DNA of 64,000 nt, taken from the NCBI RefSeq assembly GCF_004010195.1, contig NC_057710.1, forward strand, positions 155,403,057-155,467,056, given 5' to 3'. Shown here piece after piece: positions 1 to 12,094 of the stretch. The notes under the pieces were generated by a model. The model saw only the letters and a program-made list of their open reading frames with translations. It was not told the origin of the DNA and did not search any database. Position numbers and translations under genes: made by a program. The stretch comes from Chiloscyllium plagiosum. Taxonomy: Eukaryota. The number at the start of each line of letters is the position of its first letter. Position 1 is the first letter of the stretch.

Positions 1-672
1 TTCACGGACTCCCAGCCCAACTGCTTGTTCTGTGGTGCTGTGGAGTCTGTGGACAGTGTATATATTGGGTGTGGGCGTTTGCGCTCCCTTTTTGATTTTC
101 TTAAAAACCTTCTTCTCTGCTTCTGTTTGGACTTCAGTCCCACGTTCCTGATCTTCAGGTATCTGGTACGGAGGGGGGAGGGTAGGTCAGAGGATCTCTT
201 TGTGGGTCTGCTCCTCAGCCTGGCCGGACTGGCCACAAACAGGTCCAGACAGCGGGCCAAGGAGGGGGTCGTTAGGGCTGACTGCCTGCCTCTCTTCTGT
301 GACTACATCCGTGCCCAGTTGCTCCTGGAGAAGGAGCACGCGGTATCTACAAACTCCCTCGAGCTGTTCAGGGAGAGATGGGCACCGCAGTGAGTGGAGT
401 GCTTTATTTCCCCCCCAACTCTATTTTGATTGATTCCCTGCCCTCCGTTTCACTGTTTGATCACACAGCATTGCCCTTTGATGAGAAGGACACTGCTTGT
501 CACGAGCCACCCTGGTGTTTCCTTTCTTCCTGGTGGTGGAAATTGAATAAAGATTTGTACACCTTGTGTCTCACACCTTTGCACACACAACATGGGTGTG
601 GGGGAAAATACGCCCTACCGCAGTTGGGCAGTAGTGTGGGAGTAAATTAAAAAATCCAGTAGTAAAAAAAAA
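1..672 (+). mobile_element. Tx1-clade (L1/Tx1) non-LTR retrotransposon: decayed ORF2 C-terminus, 3' UTR and A-tail
   Basis: Frame reads CLFCGAVESVDSVYIGCGRLRSLFDFLKNLLLCFCLDFSPTFLIF...LLLSLAGLA...ELFRERWAP, matching the Tx1 ORF2 zinc-knuckle and C-terminal pattern (His degenerate). AATAAA at 546-551; A-run at 664-672. Confidence 0.8.
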
Positions 673-2884
673 GGTAGAAGCATGCTACATGTGGAATTGC
701 CATCTCCTGGAATTTATCCCAGCCTATGAACATGATGGAAGAAAAGGCAGCAGCCTGGCCTAGAAATATGCTTTGTGTCTTCCCTTTTCAAGAATACACA
801 AAAGCCAAGTCAGTTCTGGTTGATGTGTGCTAGTGGAAGAAGGTGGGGGACTCGTGTAGGCCAATGAGCTGAGATATTCATTTGTACTAGATCGAGTTTA
901 AGCACTGGTATGCTGTGAAGGTCATAGTTGAGAACTACCACTATTCCCCCCTGCATTGCAGGTAATAAGTGCAAGCAACCAGTCAGAACCAAACAAGATG
1001 AAATATGCTCATGCTCTGAATGCTAGAAATTATCCGCTATCGAAAGGAACGAGACTGAAAGAATTGCACCTAACCTGCAAAGTCAGGAATCCCCGAATCG
1101 ACTGCTCAGCAATTACTGCTCCATTGCCTACACTTCACAGACAACACATCGAGTCCAATCCATATATCTTTAATGTCTATCTTTTTTCAGCCTCACTTAA
1201 CATTTCTAGACTGAAATAGTAACGTGTTACTATATTACTTTAGGTCTTGTATTTATTAACTAGTAAATTCACTCTTCCGTCCATTCAAGAAAGCCTGGTT
1301 AAATTAGCTTCTTTCAAAACAATAACTTCATTTGAGTCTGGGAGAAAGATAACCAGAAGGGAAGGAATCCTTTGTAAATTAAAATGATTAATCTAGGGGA
1401 TGGGTAAATAAAGATAGGGAGATAGTTCATTTTCCCTGTCCCCTGGAAACTTGACAGTTTGGAGTAGTGAGTCTGGGAGTGTAATAGATTGGGGAAGCTC
1501 TCTCAGGATCTGATCCTGACAAAGGCTATGGTGAGGAGGGAGGAGGATGGGACTAGCTGATGTGCTATCGCAGCACACACCCACTCTGAAACCATCCTTT
1601 AATTCTAAGATTCCAAGCAAAAGCTGTGTTCTGTTTGAAACAATGGCTGGGAATTTTTTTAAAAGACATTTATTCTCAATCCATCACCATGAGTTTGGCT
1701 GAAGAAGCTGCAGAAACCCCATGTGCCTATGTGAGAGAGGGAGCGTTTACTGTCTTTCGTATTTTATAATTGCAGCTCAAAACTTGAAATGAATGCAGTG
1801 TGACTGACAGGAGCTGACTTGAACAGTTCCAGCTGGTATCCAATTCTGAGCCGCGGAGAATATCAGTCAACATAAGGCTGTGGTGGTGCACATACGCATT
1901 TGTGCCACTTTCGGTAAAACATGCCTCGTGGTCACACATAGAATGAAGTCTATCACAGCTTTTCTCACATTGCTTTTCTGTCGCAGCTCCATAACACTCA
2001 GCTCACAGCCGCATAATTCATGCTAACAGAAAAGCTGTCTCCAGTTTCACAACACTTCTGTCCCCTTTTTTGACATCAATTTTATTCCATTTGCCACCAT
2101 TCTTAATGCAAAGACCCACTGGTTGTCATGAGACTGAGAGTTAATGCACAAAGTCTTACCCATTGAATATTCCATTGCACAGCAAGTCACCATTTAGGTC
2201 ATTTTTAGCTGTGCTGGATGTTCCACTGAGCTGTCTGATAGTCTCATGAGTCCACTCTTTCCCCTTGGCCCAGCAATTCTTTCTCCTTTTCAAATATAGC
2301 ACAAAATTAACATTGAATCTGCTCCCGTACTAAACCACAACGTGAGGCCAACTTGTCACAGGCAATCATATATCCAAACCACAGCATCACAGAGGAAAAA
2401 AACTGCAAAATGAATGATTATCTGAATGCTCTTGTATGGTCCAATAGATAAGAAAAACGAATTAAGACAAAGTTCATCTCAGATTAATTAATACTCATTA
2501 TATTGAAAATCTGAAGGTAAACTTAAGATTTTGCATTAGTATCAACTTTCATATTTCATGGCATTTTGTGGTATATCCATAAATAAATCCAGAGGGCCAT
2601 TAGTGTCAGATGGAAAGCACCATTGCTTTTCAAAAGAGATTAGTTTAGATCTTTGACCTTTATTGATGAGTTAAGAGCAAAATTTGCAAATCCATATTTG
2701 ACTCAGTTGACCTCAGCATTCTCCTTCAATTTTCCCTACGCCCATCCAGCTGCTTGGCCTGGCACTCCACTGGTTCCAATCTTACCTTCCTAACCATAGC
2801 CAGAGTATCACTTTCAATGCCTTTTCTTACACTTCACACATTGTTGCTTCTTATCCACCTGAAACTGGTTTAGTCAGACATGCA

Positions 2885-3095
2885 CATAGGAAGGTGGTTG
2901 TGTTTGTGTAGGTCAGCCACTTCAACTCCAGGCCAGCTCAGCAGGAGTTCCTCACGGGAGTGTCCAAGGCTCAGCTGCTTCATCAATGACCTTCCCTCCA
3001 TCAGAAGGTCAGAAATTGATGACTCACAATGTTCAGTCCTATTTGTACCTCCTCAGATACTGAAGCAGTCTAATTCTAAATGCAGCAAGGCCTGG
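2885..3095 (+). mobile_element. Decayed LINE (CR1/L2 group) reverse-transcriptase fragment
   Basis: ggagttcctca...cagctgcttcatcaatgaccttccctccatc gives GVP(Q)G..SCFINDLPSI RT motif; the same motif recurs at about 12000-12085. Confidence 0.65.
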
Positions 3096-3389
3096 TCAGT
3101 TTTTGCAATGCTCATAAAAAGCAGCCCCCTCCATTCCCCCACCCCAACAAGTATTAGACTCAACTCATTTCAATTTTAAACTTGGAATGTTGACTATGAT
3201 TGGTCAAATCCTCACATTGGGTTGGAAGGACTGTTGTTCTGATCTTTGGAATTCTCAATTTTTCTAATTCATTGTTATAATCTGTAATGCTCCACCTTTT
3301 ATTTCTTTGTTTTTCTTTTTTTTCCTAAGGCCTTGTAGTGTAGAATCTTTACCTAAATACCTTGTACCTAAGATGAGTAAGTGGCGACT

Positions 3390-3610
3390 CTGATTGGTCA
3401 AGTCCACAGAATCCACCTGCCTGCTTTAAAATTTAAACAAGGCCGAGCATTTAACTTTAGTTATTATTAATTGATGCATTCCCCATGGCAACATCCATCA
3501 ATCAGAATCCTCTTCTCAATCTCTTTAATTGGTATTCTTGTGAATAGTCCTGATGAGTGCACAACAAAAAGCTTCAATAAAATGTGACTTTTCTCAGCAC
3601 TACCAAAGTC
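3390..3610 (+). mobile_element. Old PLE-derived terminal repeat with degenerate hammerhead core
   Basis: gtcCTGATGAgtgcacaacaAAAAGCTTC at 3547-3575: hammerhead core remnant with AAGCTT palindrome. Confidence 0.45.
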
Positions 3611-3973
3611 AGTTCTGCAAATAACTATTTATTTGGAGTTAATTAACTTACATCTACAAAATAGGATTTTTATAGAGAAGATTGGGAATGGTAACTCCTT
3701 GTTTTAGTTTACTGAGGATGCAGTTGACAAATAATAATCAAGAGGAGTGACAGCATGGATTTTTTTCTAGTCTTCATCCTGGCATAACTTTGAAACCAAT
3801 TGGCTGGAGTTATGTGCAAGCAACAGGGGAAGTTGTGGGAGAAGAGGAAGCTCTCACAAGGGAGTATATTAGCTGCTAAACAAGTCAAATTAGAGTGACA
3901 TTTTTTTTAAAAAGGGACAGAGACAGAATAAGACAAATAGCAAATATGTTGGACCAAAATGTCAAGGGACAAG

Positions 3974-4172
3974 GTTTAAAATCACACAACACCAGGTTAT
4001 AGTCCAACAGGTTTATTTGGAAGCACTAGCTTTCGGAGTGCTGCTCCACAACCCCCTGGTAAAGGAGCAGAGCTCCAAAAGCTAGTGCTTCCAATTAAAC
4101 CTGTTGGACTATAACCTGGTGTTGTGTGAGTTTTAACTTTGTCCACCCCAGTCCAACACCGACATCTCCACA
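3974..4172. mobile_element. Short fold-back Penelope-like element (family B pLTR inverted against itself)
   Basis: About 70-bp inverted arms (aaaatcacacaacaccaggttatagtccaacagg... and its reverse complement); 12-bp TSD tcaagggacaag at 3962-3973 and 4173-4184; same family at 11645, 16812, 27891 and 53851. Confidence 0.85.
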
Positions 4173-5336
4173 TCAAGGGACAAGCACAGACAAAATGTTT
4201 AATCCTTATCCATGTATTTTATGCAGCTGTTTCATTTTCCATTATTCCTGAGATTGAAAAAAAATTACTGCAATTAGTATCAGAATATTAAACTGAAAAA
4301 TAACAACAGCATTTAGGGAGTTTCTCTGCACCTTTCCTTTGATGGGATAGTTTCCGTAAATCTCATGATGGACTTCATTACCTACTGTCAGTCCGGTGAG
4401 GAAAGTAAGTAGAAGGGGAATATGTTTGCGCTGATGTGGAAAAGAGGGTGAGAGATCGGGTGAAAATGAGGAAGGTACTAAAGTCAAGGGGTGACTATTT
4501 CTAACTGATGGTGAAACAAAGTAAGAAGCTTAGTCCTAAAAAGGCAAATGCTTTTAATTTGCATTTGACCTTCGACATCATTCAGGTCTGAATAGTTTTA
4601 AAGCTTGTCATTCCTATATTTTCATGTTTGCAATATACTTCTTCAATGCTAATGATTAATTTGCATTTTATCAAGGACTAAACGCTTATTGATAAATCCA
4701 ACAAATCAACTGAAGGATAAGAAATATTTTTTTCTTCTTTGTTTAATGTTTAAAGAAAACATTTCCCTGTTACAAACTGGAATCTCCACTGTAGGCTTCT
4801 TCATGCTAACATAACAGGAGCTTGGGAAAGTTAACCTTCCATTAATCCTGGGTTTCTATTATTACACCGGTGTGCAGCATGCCTGACTTTAACTGTGGTA
4901 AAAATGTTACGATTATAATGATGATGCAGCTTCCAATACCTCTTGCTGTGAGATTGTAATTGGAATATACTGAGTGCCATTCGAGAACCTAACCAATGCC
5001 AAATATATTCTTATGCAAGGCCAGTCATTTTTCAAGAGATAAATCATAGATATAATTATATACTTGTCTGTCTGATGTACGTCATCTGTGACCCTGATAG
5101 TTTGTCTTCATCCCTTGGATGTAATATTTAGAGTTCAAATAGATAAGCTATATGTTAAAGTCACATCTCATCCCAACTCTTTGTTAAATTAAACAGGCAC
5201 ATTTGCCGTATTATCTTTGCTTTAAAGAAAAGATAATTGGTCTGTAGGAGGAAAGGGCCTTTTCCTTGCCTGTGAAACAAATTGACGCATATTTTTCAAA
5301 AAAAACAGCCGAACAGAGCAGTAACTAGCACCTAGA

Positions 5337-5350
5337 GTTTCTATGGTAAC
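5337..5350. promoter_or_regulatory. Candidate RFX X-box
   Basis: GTTTCTATGGTAAC resembles the X-box consensus GTTNCCATGGNAAC, in non-repetitive DNA upstream of candidate exons. Confidence 0.35.
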
Positions 5351-5699
5351 TGCACTGAAGAGAAAAATTCTTCAGTGGGAAATGATGTGAATATTAATGT
5401 TGTTTTTTTTAAAACATATCATTCCTGCAGTATCCATTAATGATTTTGTCCAGAGCTGTGTCGATGGAGAGCCAGTTGCCAGTTCTTTCTGGAGGTAACC
5501 TTTGCAAATGCCAGGGGTTAATAAATATCCTGCAACACTGTAAACCAGATTTCTGCCTGATACAAGTCTGCCTGTTGCAATACTCATCAATAGCCAAAGC
5601 TGTATTGGTGCATGCTTCAACCGACTTGTCTCTCCCAGGTAACCTTCCATCTTCTGCACTATGCAGGTAGTGTCATTGACATTGTCTCTTCAGCCCCCA

Positions 5700-5927
5700 C
5701 CTCCCTCCTTTGAGAAACATCATGACGTGGATAACAAAACTGGCAGCTGCTCCTTCATCCACATGGGGATTGAGCAGATGGAAAACAGTACACTTTCAGG
5801 AAGCAGCTTTGTTGTGCTCTCGTGCTGAAAGCCAGATTTACAACTCTCTGTCCTTTCCTTTTAGTTTTCCTTTTGTAATTAGCTATTGCTGGAACAATGC
5901 ACAACTTTCACTAGTACTTTTCTAAAT
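5700..5927 (+). other. Candidate non-coding (5' UTR) exon; start approximate
   Basis: Unique sequence ending in donor AAT|GTAAGT (5928-5933); TGACGT motif near 5724. No transcript data. Confidence 0.3.
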
Positions 5928-6803
5928 GTAAGTATCCTGGACTATTTAATGCATTCAGACTGCAAAATGTATGGTTTTCTCTTAATTGGACAGGTTCCTG
6001 AACAGTTCTGTGTGGCCATGCAGATATTTTGTATTGAGTTTGTAGAAAGAAATTGGCAAATGAGCCGTGAGATGGTTATTGAGAATGGGGGAATTGACCA
6101 AAATGTGTGACATTCTTTACAAGCTGAAAATTGGACAGAAGGTGAATTTATTTTAGGCGTTTTAAAGAGTCTACTGCACTCTTTAAAGCTACTAATACAG
6201 TTAGTGTTTGACTATGTTTTTCTAAATCATGGATCAGTTGGAAACTGCCGAGCTAGAGGAAGAATGAAGGTTACAGGGCTTATTTGGATAACATAAAGTA
6301 GGAAGGAGTTAACAAAACAAAGGGGTGGTGTCAGCTAATATTAGAAAATATAAGAGTTTATTTAAGAAAAAAACAGGCCATCTTTCAGCCAGTCTGTAGC
6401 TTTGAGTTCAGCTAGCGTGGTGCAACAATACAGAGGATTGGTAAGACATGTTCTGAATAAGCAATCAGCAGCTTTCTGCTGCGTTCAGAGAAAGGCATGC
6501 AGAGGAGGCTGCGGATACACTGAGGCTTGATCCATGCGGTTCGCAGGATGGGGTTAGTACGTGCTTCCATTTTTATTGCGTTACTTTCATGACAAGAGAC
6601 ACCTTTCAATCATGCTGACCAGATGATGGCTGAGATGTTGCTGTCCCTGTGTGTCACATAGGGTCAAACAGCACTGAGCGAGTGTGCAAATCCAGATCAT
6701 CATTTCAAATCTGTCACGACAGATGGGTGAGGTTTGTGCAATGCCGTATAATCCGTACTGAGAGCACACGGTTAGTGCTGATGCTCCTTTCTTTTGTGTT
6801 CAG

Positions 6804-6839
6804 CGACGTTGTTCTGAAATGTTGTCATGCAATACAATG
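6804..6839 (+). other. Candidate 36-nt exon (RRCSEMLSCNTM in phase 0; possible start ATG at 6819 or 6837)
   Basis: Branch-like ctgat plus pyrimidine tract and acceptor (ctcctttcttttgtgttcAG, ends 6803); donor ATG|GTAAGC at 6840; open frame. Confidence 0.45.
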
Positions 6840-9582
6840 GTAAGCGGCTTTACAGAAAACTGAACAGATTATGTTTAATGAAATGAAACGTGATGTTAGA
6901 GCATATTTTGTCTGCAATGTGAGATTTTTGTCTTCACTAGATGAACTGGTGGTGTACAGTCTTTGCATTGTAAATGTTTTTTGCAAAATACTGTTACTGG
7001 AAGTGGATAATTATCCTTCATAATTTGTGGAAAAAAAATGAACCTTAAAAAAAAGGCTAAATCATTTTTTTCTCTGGCTGTAGTGTCATCAATTATATAG
7101 CAAATGGATATACTTATACAGAGAGATATTTTATTTTGTGACTTTTTAAAACATGTTTGTTAAAAAATGCTCTCAGACTTGAGACCACAAAATCTGAATG
7201 GTTACTGTATTACCAGTCTGATGGTTCATTGTCTCAAGTGAGCCCAGTCCAGTTTTCATCTTCGCTGAATATTTTTACATGATTTTTGGGCTAAAGGTGC
7301 CTGAAGTTTCTGCTGAAAATTTCTTTCCCCCTCCTTGGTGTCTCCCGGCTTTGATTTCTCAATAATAGTGAGAGCAGGAGGTCAGCCTGCTTCTCAGCTA
7401 CCACCTGGACTGGCCTTTCAGAAACACACAAGAGGCATTGACTGCATCACCCTCCAGATGTTCCTTCTCTCCTCATTGCTGTGTGCTCCCTGGGATCAGC
7501 AAGGGTAAGATGGGGGAACCAAACAAAACCCAAACATTCAGACCCAAAGCTCACTGTTCACTGTGACTGTCTGCATTACAGAGCGCGTACATGAAGAGAC
7601 AAGTGATACAGGATTTCAGGGCCGAGGTTCCTCAGCCAATTCTCCGAGCAATTATATTACTAGTCTTTCAATTCATTTCCTACCCTTTGCTCCGTGTTCC
7701 TACCTGCAACCATGCTTCCTCTGTCAAGTGGGAATATAGGCTGGTCTTAGTCTGTGTGTGGACTAAAATTTAGAACCCCAAAACAATTTTCTGGTGGGGT
7801 TGCAAGAGGATTAATGATACTGAAACCATTTGGTTTTTCAGATTTGACTTTACTTTTTTTTAATCAAAAATGCATGTATGCCAATAACCTCCTGAATAGA
7901 CAATTTTATTATTTCCAAGTCCCCAATGAACATGATGTTACAAGAGCAAGGCTTACATGCGTGCTTAAACTACCCTGTCTGGTACACTCCCAGTTCAGCC
8001 AAAATAGAGAGGGGGGGAATGAACATTTGACCTTTGACTGGGTGACATGTGGCCTGGCTGGAGACTAGCCTTCCAGGCTTGTGGTCGATTCGACGGTTTG
8101 GTCAGCTGACAGTGACAGGAGCTATCCTGCCGAGCAACAATCCCATCAGTGTTTCATTCTCTTTCTGCAAGGGAGATACTGCCACATGTAGCCCTGTCTG
8201 GTGGTCACAATGGAAAATGACCAGCTTCATGGTTAATTGAGCTTTCTTTGGCTGCAAAATAAATACTCAAACTTTTAAACAATGTCATTTATTTCGTTGA
8301 AGTGAAATTTTAAGAGATGTGAAGGAAAACATAACAATCGAATGAGACATGTGATGGACCGGTTTGATCACAGACTGATTTTACCATCCCTGTGGGCTCC
8401 GTTAACAGTGAGGGATGTGTAAAAACAGGGGACAATCCTCACCCATCCTCCAACTCTTCCTCAAAATACAGTGCGAGGGAGAAGCTCAGATCAGGCAGCA
8501 CACCCACTGGTTTTCAAACAAATAATTAACTATCAACCCATATTTCATGCTGCACAGACCAAAACACCTCTTGATGGGGCACGCAATCAGGAATAGGAAG
8601 GCCCGTTTTGTAAGAAGATTTTTGTGAAAGGCTCTTGTGTTCTGGCATTGTCGGGACTGCTGGAGACTCAGGGCAGTCAAACAGAATCCCTATGAAATAG
8701 AATGGGACACTCTCAGCCTCCTGTGGTCCATTGGTTGTCTCTTGCTTCTTTTTCCCGTCGACTCAAGACACTTTAGGCTGGTATTTAAGATTTTGCAATT
8801 TCTTAATCTCCCACCTAAACCAAATCCAGCTGTTTTGGGAGTTGGACTACAAAAATGGAAGAAATTCAGAAAACAATGCAGAGGAATGATATTTGTATCA
8901 TAAACATTGGATTGAACCAAGGTTTGTAGTAGCAACTTTCTACTAACCATTACTTTTAAAGCAAGGTTCCGCTCTCCCTAAAGCAACGTTACCTGACTAG
9001 AGGTAGCCTTGTTGCTCGGTCTTTGTTATATTAGAAATATACTGGTCTAATTCCTTGAAACTTATTTGACAGACTCACACTAGCAGAGAGATCAGAATTT
9101 CATTCCTTTGATGTTGGTCTAGGTAACAGTTAATGATTTGCTGCTGGCTTGTCCTACACTGCTAAAAATATTGCTGTAACCTACTTTGAGTGAGTGGATC
9201 AAGGTCACTGTTTTGCAGGTCTCTGTGAGAGAAATTACATTTTTTTCAAAATTCTGCTTCTCCTCTGCAAACGCAGAGACATAATGTGATTTGCACGAGT
9301 CCTTATTATCTTTTGCCTTTGAGTAGGCAGCAGTTTAAAACGTACATTACAAATACATGCTTTATTTGGAGAAATGCGTTGGTGCATTTTGTCCCAGTTG
9401 GGTTACGTGAGCTCTCCCTCAGCTGAAACTTGGTTTGAATTTATGTTGTAGAACACAGGACTTGAAACATGATGTCAGCAGTGCCTAGCTGAGATTGAAT
9501 GAAATGTTCTAACTATAAGACAACCAGCTACAGTAAAAGGAACAAATGTAAACCACATTCTGTAACATCGAAGAGAATGCAA

Positions 9583-9926
9583 TTGCCTGGTGGTAACAAA
9601 TCCTGACTATTAATCCAGAGACCCAAGTAATGTTTTGGGGACATGGCCTGCATGGAAGATGATGGAATTTGAATTAGATATAAAATCTGGAATTAAGAAT
9701 GTAATAATGATCATAACACCATTGTTGATTGTTGGAAAAACTCATCGAGTTCACTAATGTCCTTCAGGGAAAAAAACCATCATCCTTACCTGGTCTGGCC
9801 CATTTGTGACTCCAGACCCAGAGTAATATGGTTTACTCTTAACTGCCCTCTGGACAATTAAGGATGGGCAATAAATAAATGTTGGCCCAGCCAGTGATGC
9901 CCTCATCCTGTGAATGAAAAGAAAAT
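9583..9926 (+). mobile_element. SINE with LINE-derived 3' tail (second shark SINE family)
   Basis: Tail ggacaattaaggatgggcaataaat...gccagtgatgccctcatcctgtgaatgaaa matches the LINE 3' end at 44870-44935; an inverted copy lies at 26760-27132. Confidence 0.7.
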
Positions 9927-10768
9927 TAAGATGCTGCGTAATTCAGAATAGTGGTGATGTTTTCAATCTGCTGCAGAAATAAGAGGATTTATGAGACAGA
10001 ATGGGAATGTGTCCTGGTCTCAGTGACAAAACTACGATATAGCAACAAAATTTAAAAATATTGAGGCACTAAGAATTACAACTGTTATTAATCCTGGGGA
10101 AAGAAGTGTTACTAACTGTATCGTACTAAGATCTCACTGACAGAACCCAGGCAGGAGAGTTTTGAGACTTTGAAGCCATACTCTGGCCACTTCTGAATGG
10201 TAAGTGTTCAATATCAGGGCTCAGGTGAGCAGGACATCAATATATGACCACACTGACACATCAAGCTGGATCTTATGATTTTGGAAAACTGACCGATAGA
10301 CAATCTCTTTAGACATAGGATTGATTAGGCTCTGAAGGACTGTTGCAAAGCAGGCTTTACAAGAGAAGAGAAAGCTAATGACATGTGCAGAGTCTCTAAG
10401 GTTGTCAATCAATAACTAGGGACTATTAATGGGAGAACATATATGCCTTTGCACTATGCCGAGAGACATTCCAGGCTGAATGAGTACAATATATCTTTTT
10501 CAGTGGAAGAAAAGGAGAAATATTTGCAAAAGAGCCTGCAAAAAGATTAGGTCCATAGCAGCACATAGGTCATGTGGAGAACATTGTACAAAAGAAAAGA
10601 AAGCAAGTCCAGTGTGAGGAAAGCAACATTCTAACTGCAAGAAGCTGAATCAGTTTGCAAGCAAGAAGTTTAGTCGGAAATAAACAACCATCTGTAAAGA
10701 TGGTTGCTGAAGAATCTCAGCTGATGGTTGTGATGAAATCACTCTGCACTGCACAGCAGGTTAAGATG

Positions 10769-11320
10769 CATAAAACATAGAAGCAAAAGTAGACCATTCA
10801 GCCCATCAAGTCTGTTCTCCATTTAATGAGAACGGGATTGATCTGGTCATCATTTACTCCACTTTCCTGCTTTTTCCCTATAAACCACAATTCCCTTACT
10901 GATTAAAAATCAATCCTAGCCTTGAGTATACTTAGTGACCCGGCCTCAACAGCCCTCTGTAGTAAAGAATTCTACAGATTCGCAACCCTTTTGGAGAAGA
11001 AATTCCTCTTAGTTTCTGTTTTAAATATGTGACCTCTCATTCTGAGATTATGCCCGCTGGGCCTTCACTACCTCCAAAAGGGAAACATCCTTTCTGCAGC
11101 AATCCTGTCAAGTCCTCTTGACAAATCTTGCATATTTCCCATAGATTCCAATGTGTACAGACCTAACCCACTGAGCCTCTTCTCATGAGACAATCCATCC
11201 ATACCTGGTACCAGCCCAGTCAACCTTCTCTGCACTGCTTCCAGTGTCAGTATATCTTTCCTTAGACCAGCTGAGGTCTTACTGTGTTTGGAATAGTTTT
11301 AGCAAGACCACCAGACTTTT
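10769..11320 (-). mobile_element. CR1 LINE 3' fragment (old)
   Basis: Reverse-complement CR1 3' UTR (catagaagcaaaagtagaccattcagccc...) followed by decayed ORF2 end. Confidence 0.7.
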
Positions 11321-12094
11321 ATCAGTTGACATGGCCAGGTCCAACAATGAGAAAGGGTTGTGACTGTAAGAATGATGTCTACAAAAGGAGAGCCATAAAT
11401 GAAGGTGAATTCACCAAAACAAGGCACTCAAATGATATGATAACTGAATAGAAACTGTTCGCTTATGGGGAAGGAGAAGGAGATTGGCACCAAGACACAG
11501 TGTTCATTCAGCGGGTTGGTGCAGACAAGAGTGGCTGAATGCTGTCCTCTTGCATGATTGCACTTCTGTGATTTCTAACATGCCAGATAGGCACTGGTGT
11601 TTCATGCAGCATCATGGACTTCATAGATCAGTGCAACCTTAGCTCAAAGTTAAAAATCACACGACACCAGGTTATAGTCCAACAGGTTTATCTGGAAGCA
11701 CTAGATTAGCTCAAGGTTGTGATCCAAAAAATGAAGCACTTGAAGGTAAAGTTAAGTTATATGATGGGTTGAGTATTGGTCCAGGTGGAAACAGAGAGCC
11801 CAAGGGAATGAAGGAAGCTCTGGGTTCCAGATGGCAGATGTTAAGTGAGACCCACAGCTCAGCTGAAGCATGTCTTGACTGCACAGTTAACGGTTGCAAC
11901 TCGGATTGGTCCAGAGGAAAGAGAGCTTTATCTGGCCCTAGGTCTGACTGGTCTATGTAGTTTTTAGAGGTCACTTATCTCAGGTCCAGGACATCTCTGC
12001 TAGAGATCCTCAGGGGAGATGGTACAACCATCTTCAGCTGCCTCATCAATGACCTTCTCTCCATCATAAGGTCAGACATGGGGATATGCTCAGG

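Noticed and set aside
572-634. Small hairpins in the Tx1 3' UTR; possible target-specific insertion
   Set aside because: Stems are only 6-7 bp with a mismatch; no snRNA, tRNA or microsatellite target is visible downstream.
760-1456. Possible solo LTR
   Set aside because: LTR-like 3' end (...ttgaca), but the 5' boundary and TSD could not be defined.
4917-4973. C/D-box snoRNA-like ATGATGA...CTGA
   Set aside because: No terminal stem or recognisable guide; expected by chance.
10556-10578. miR-15-like tagcagcacata
   Set aside because: Only 12 nt match and no complementary arm for a pre-miRNA hairpin.
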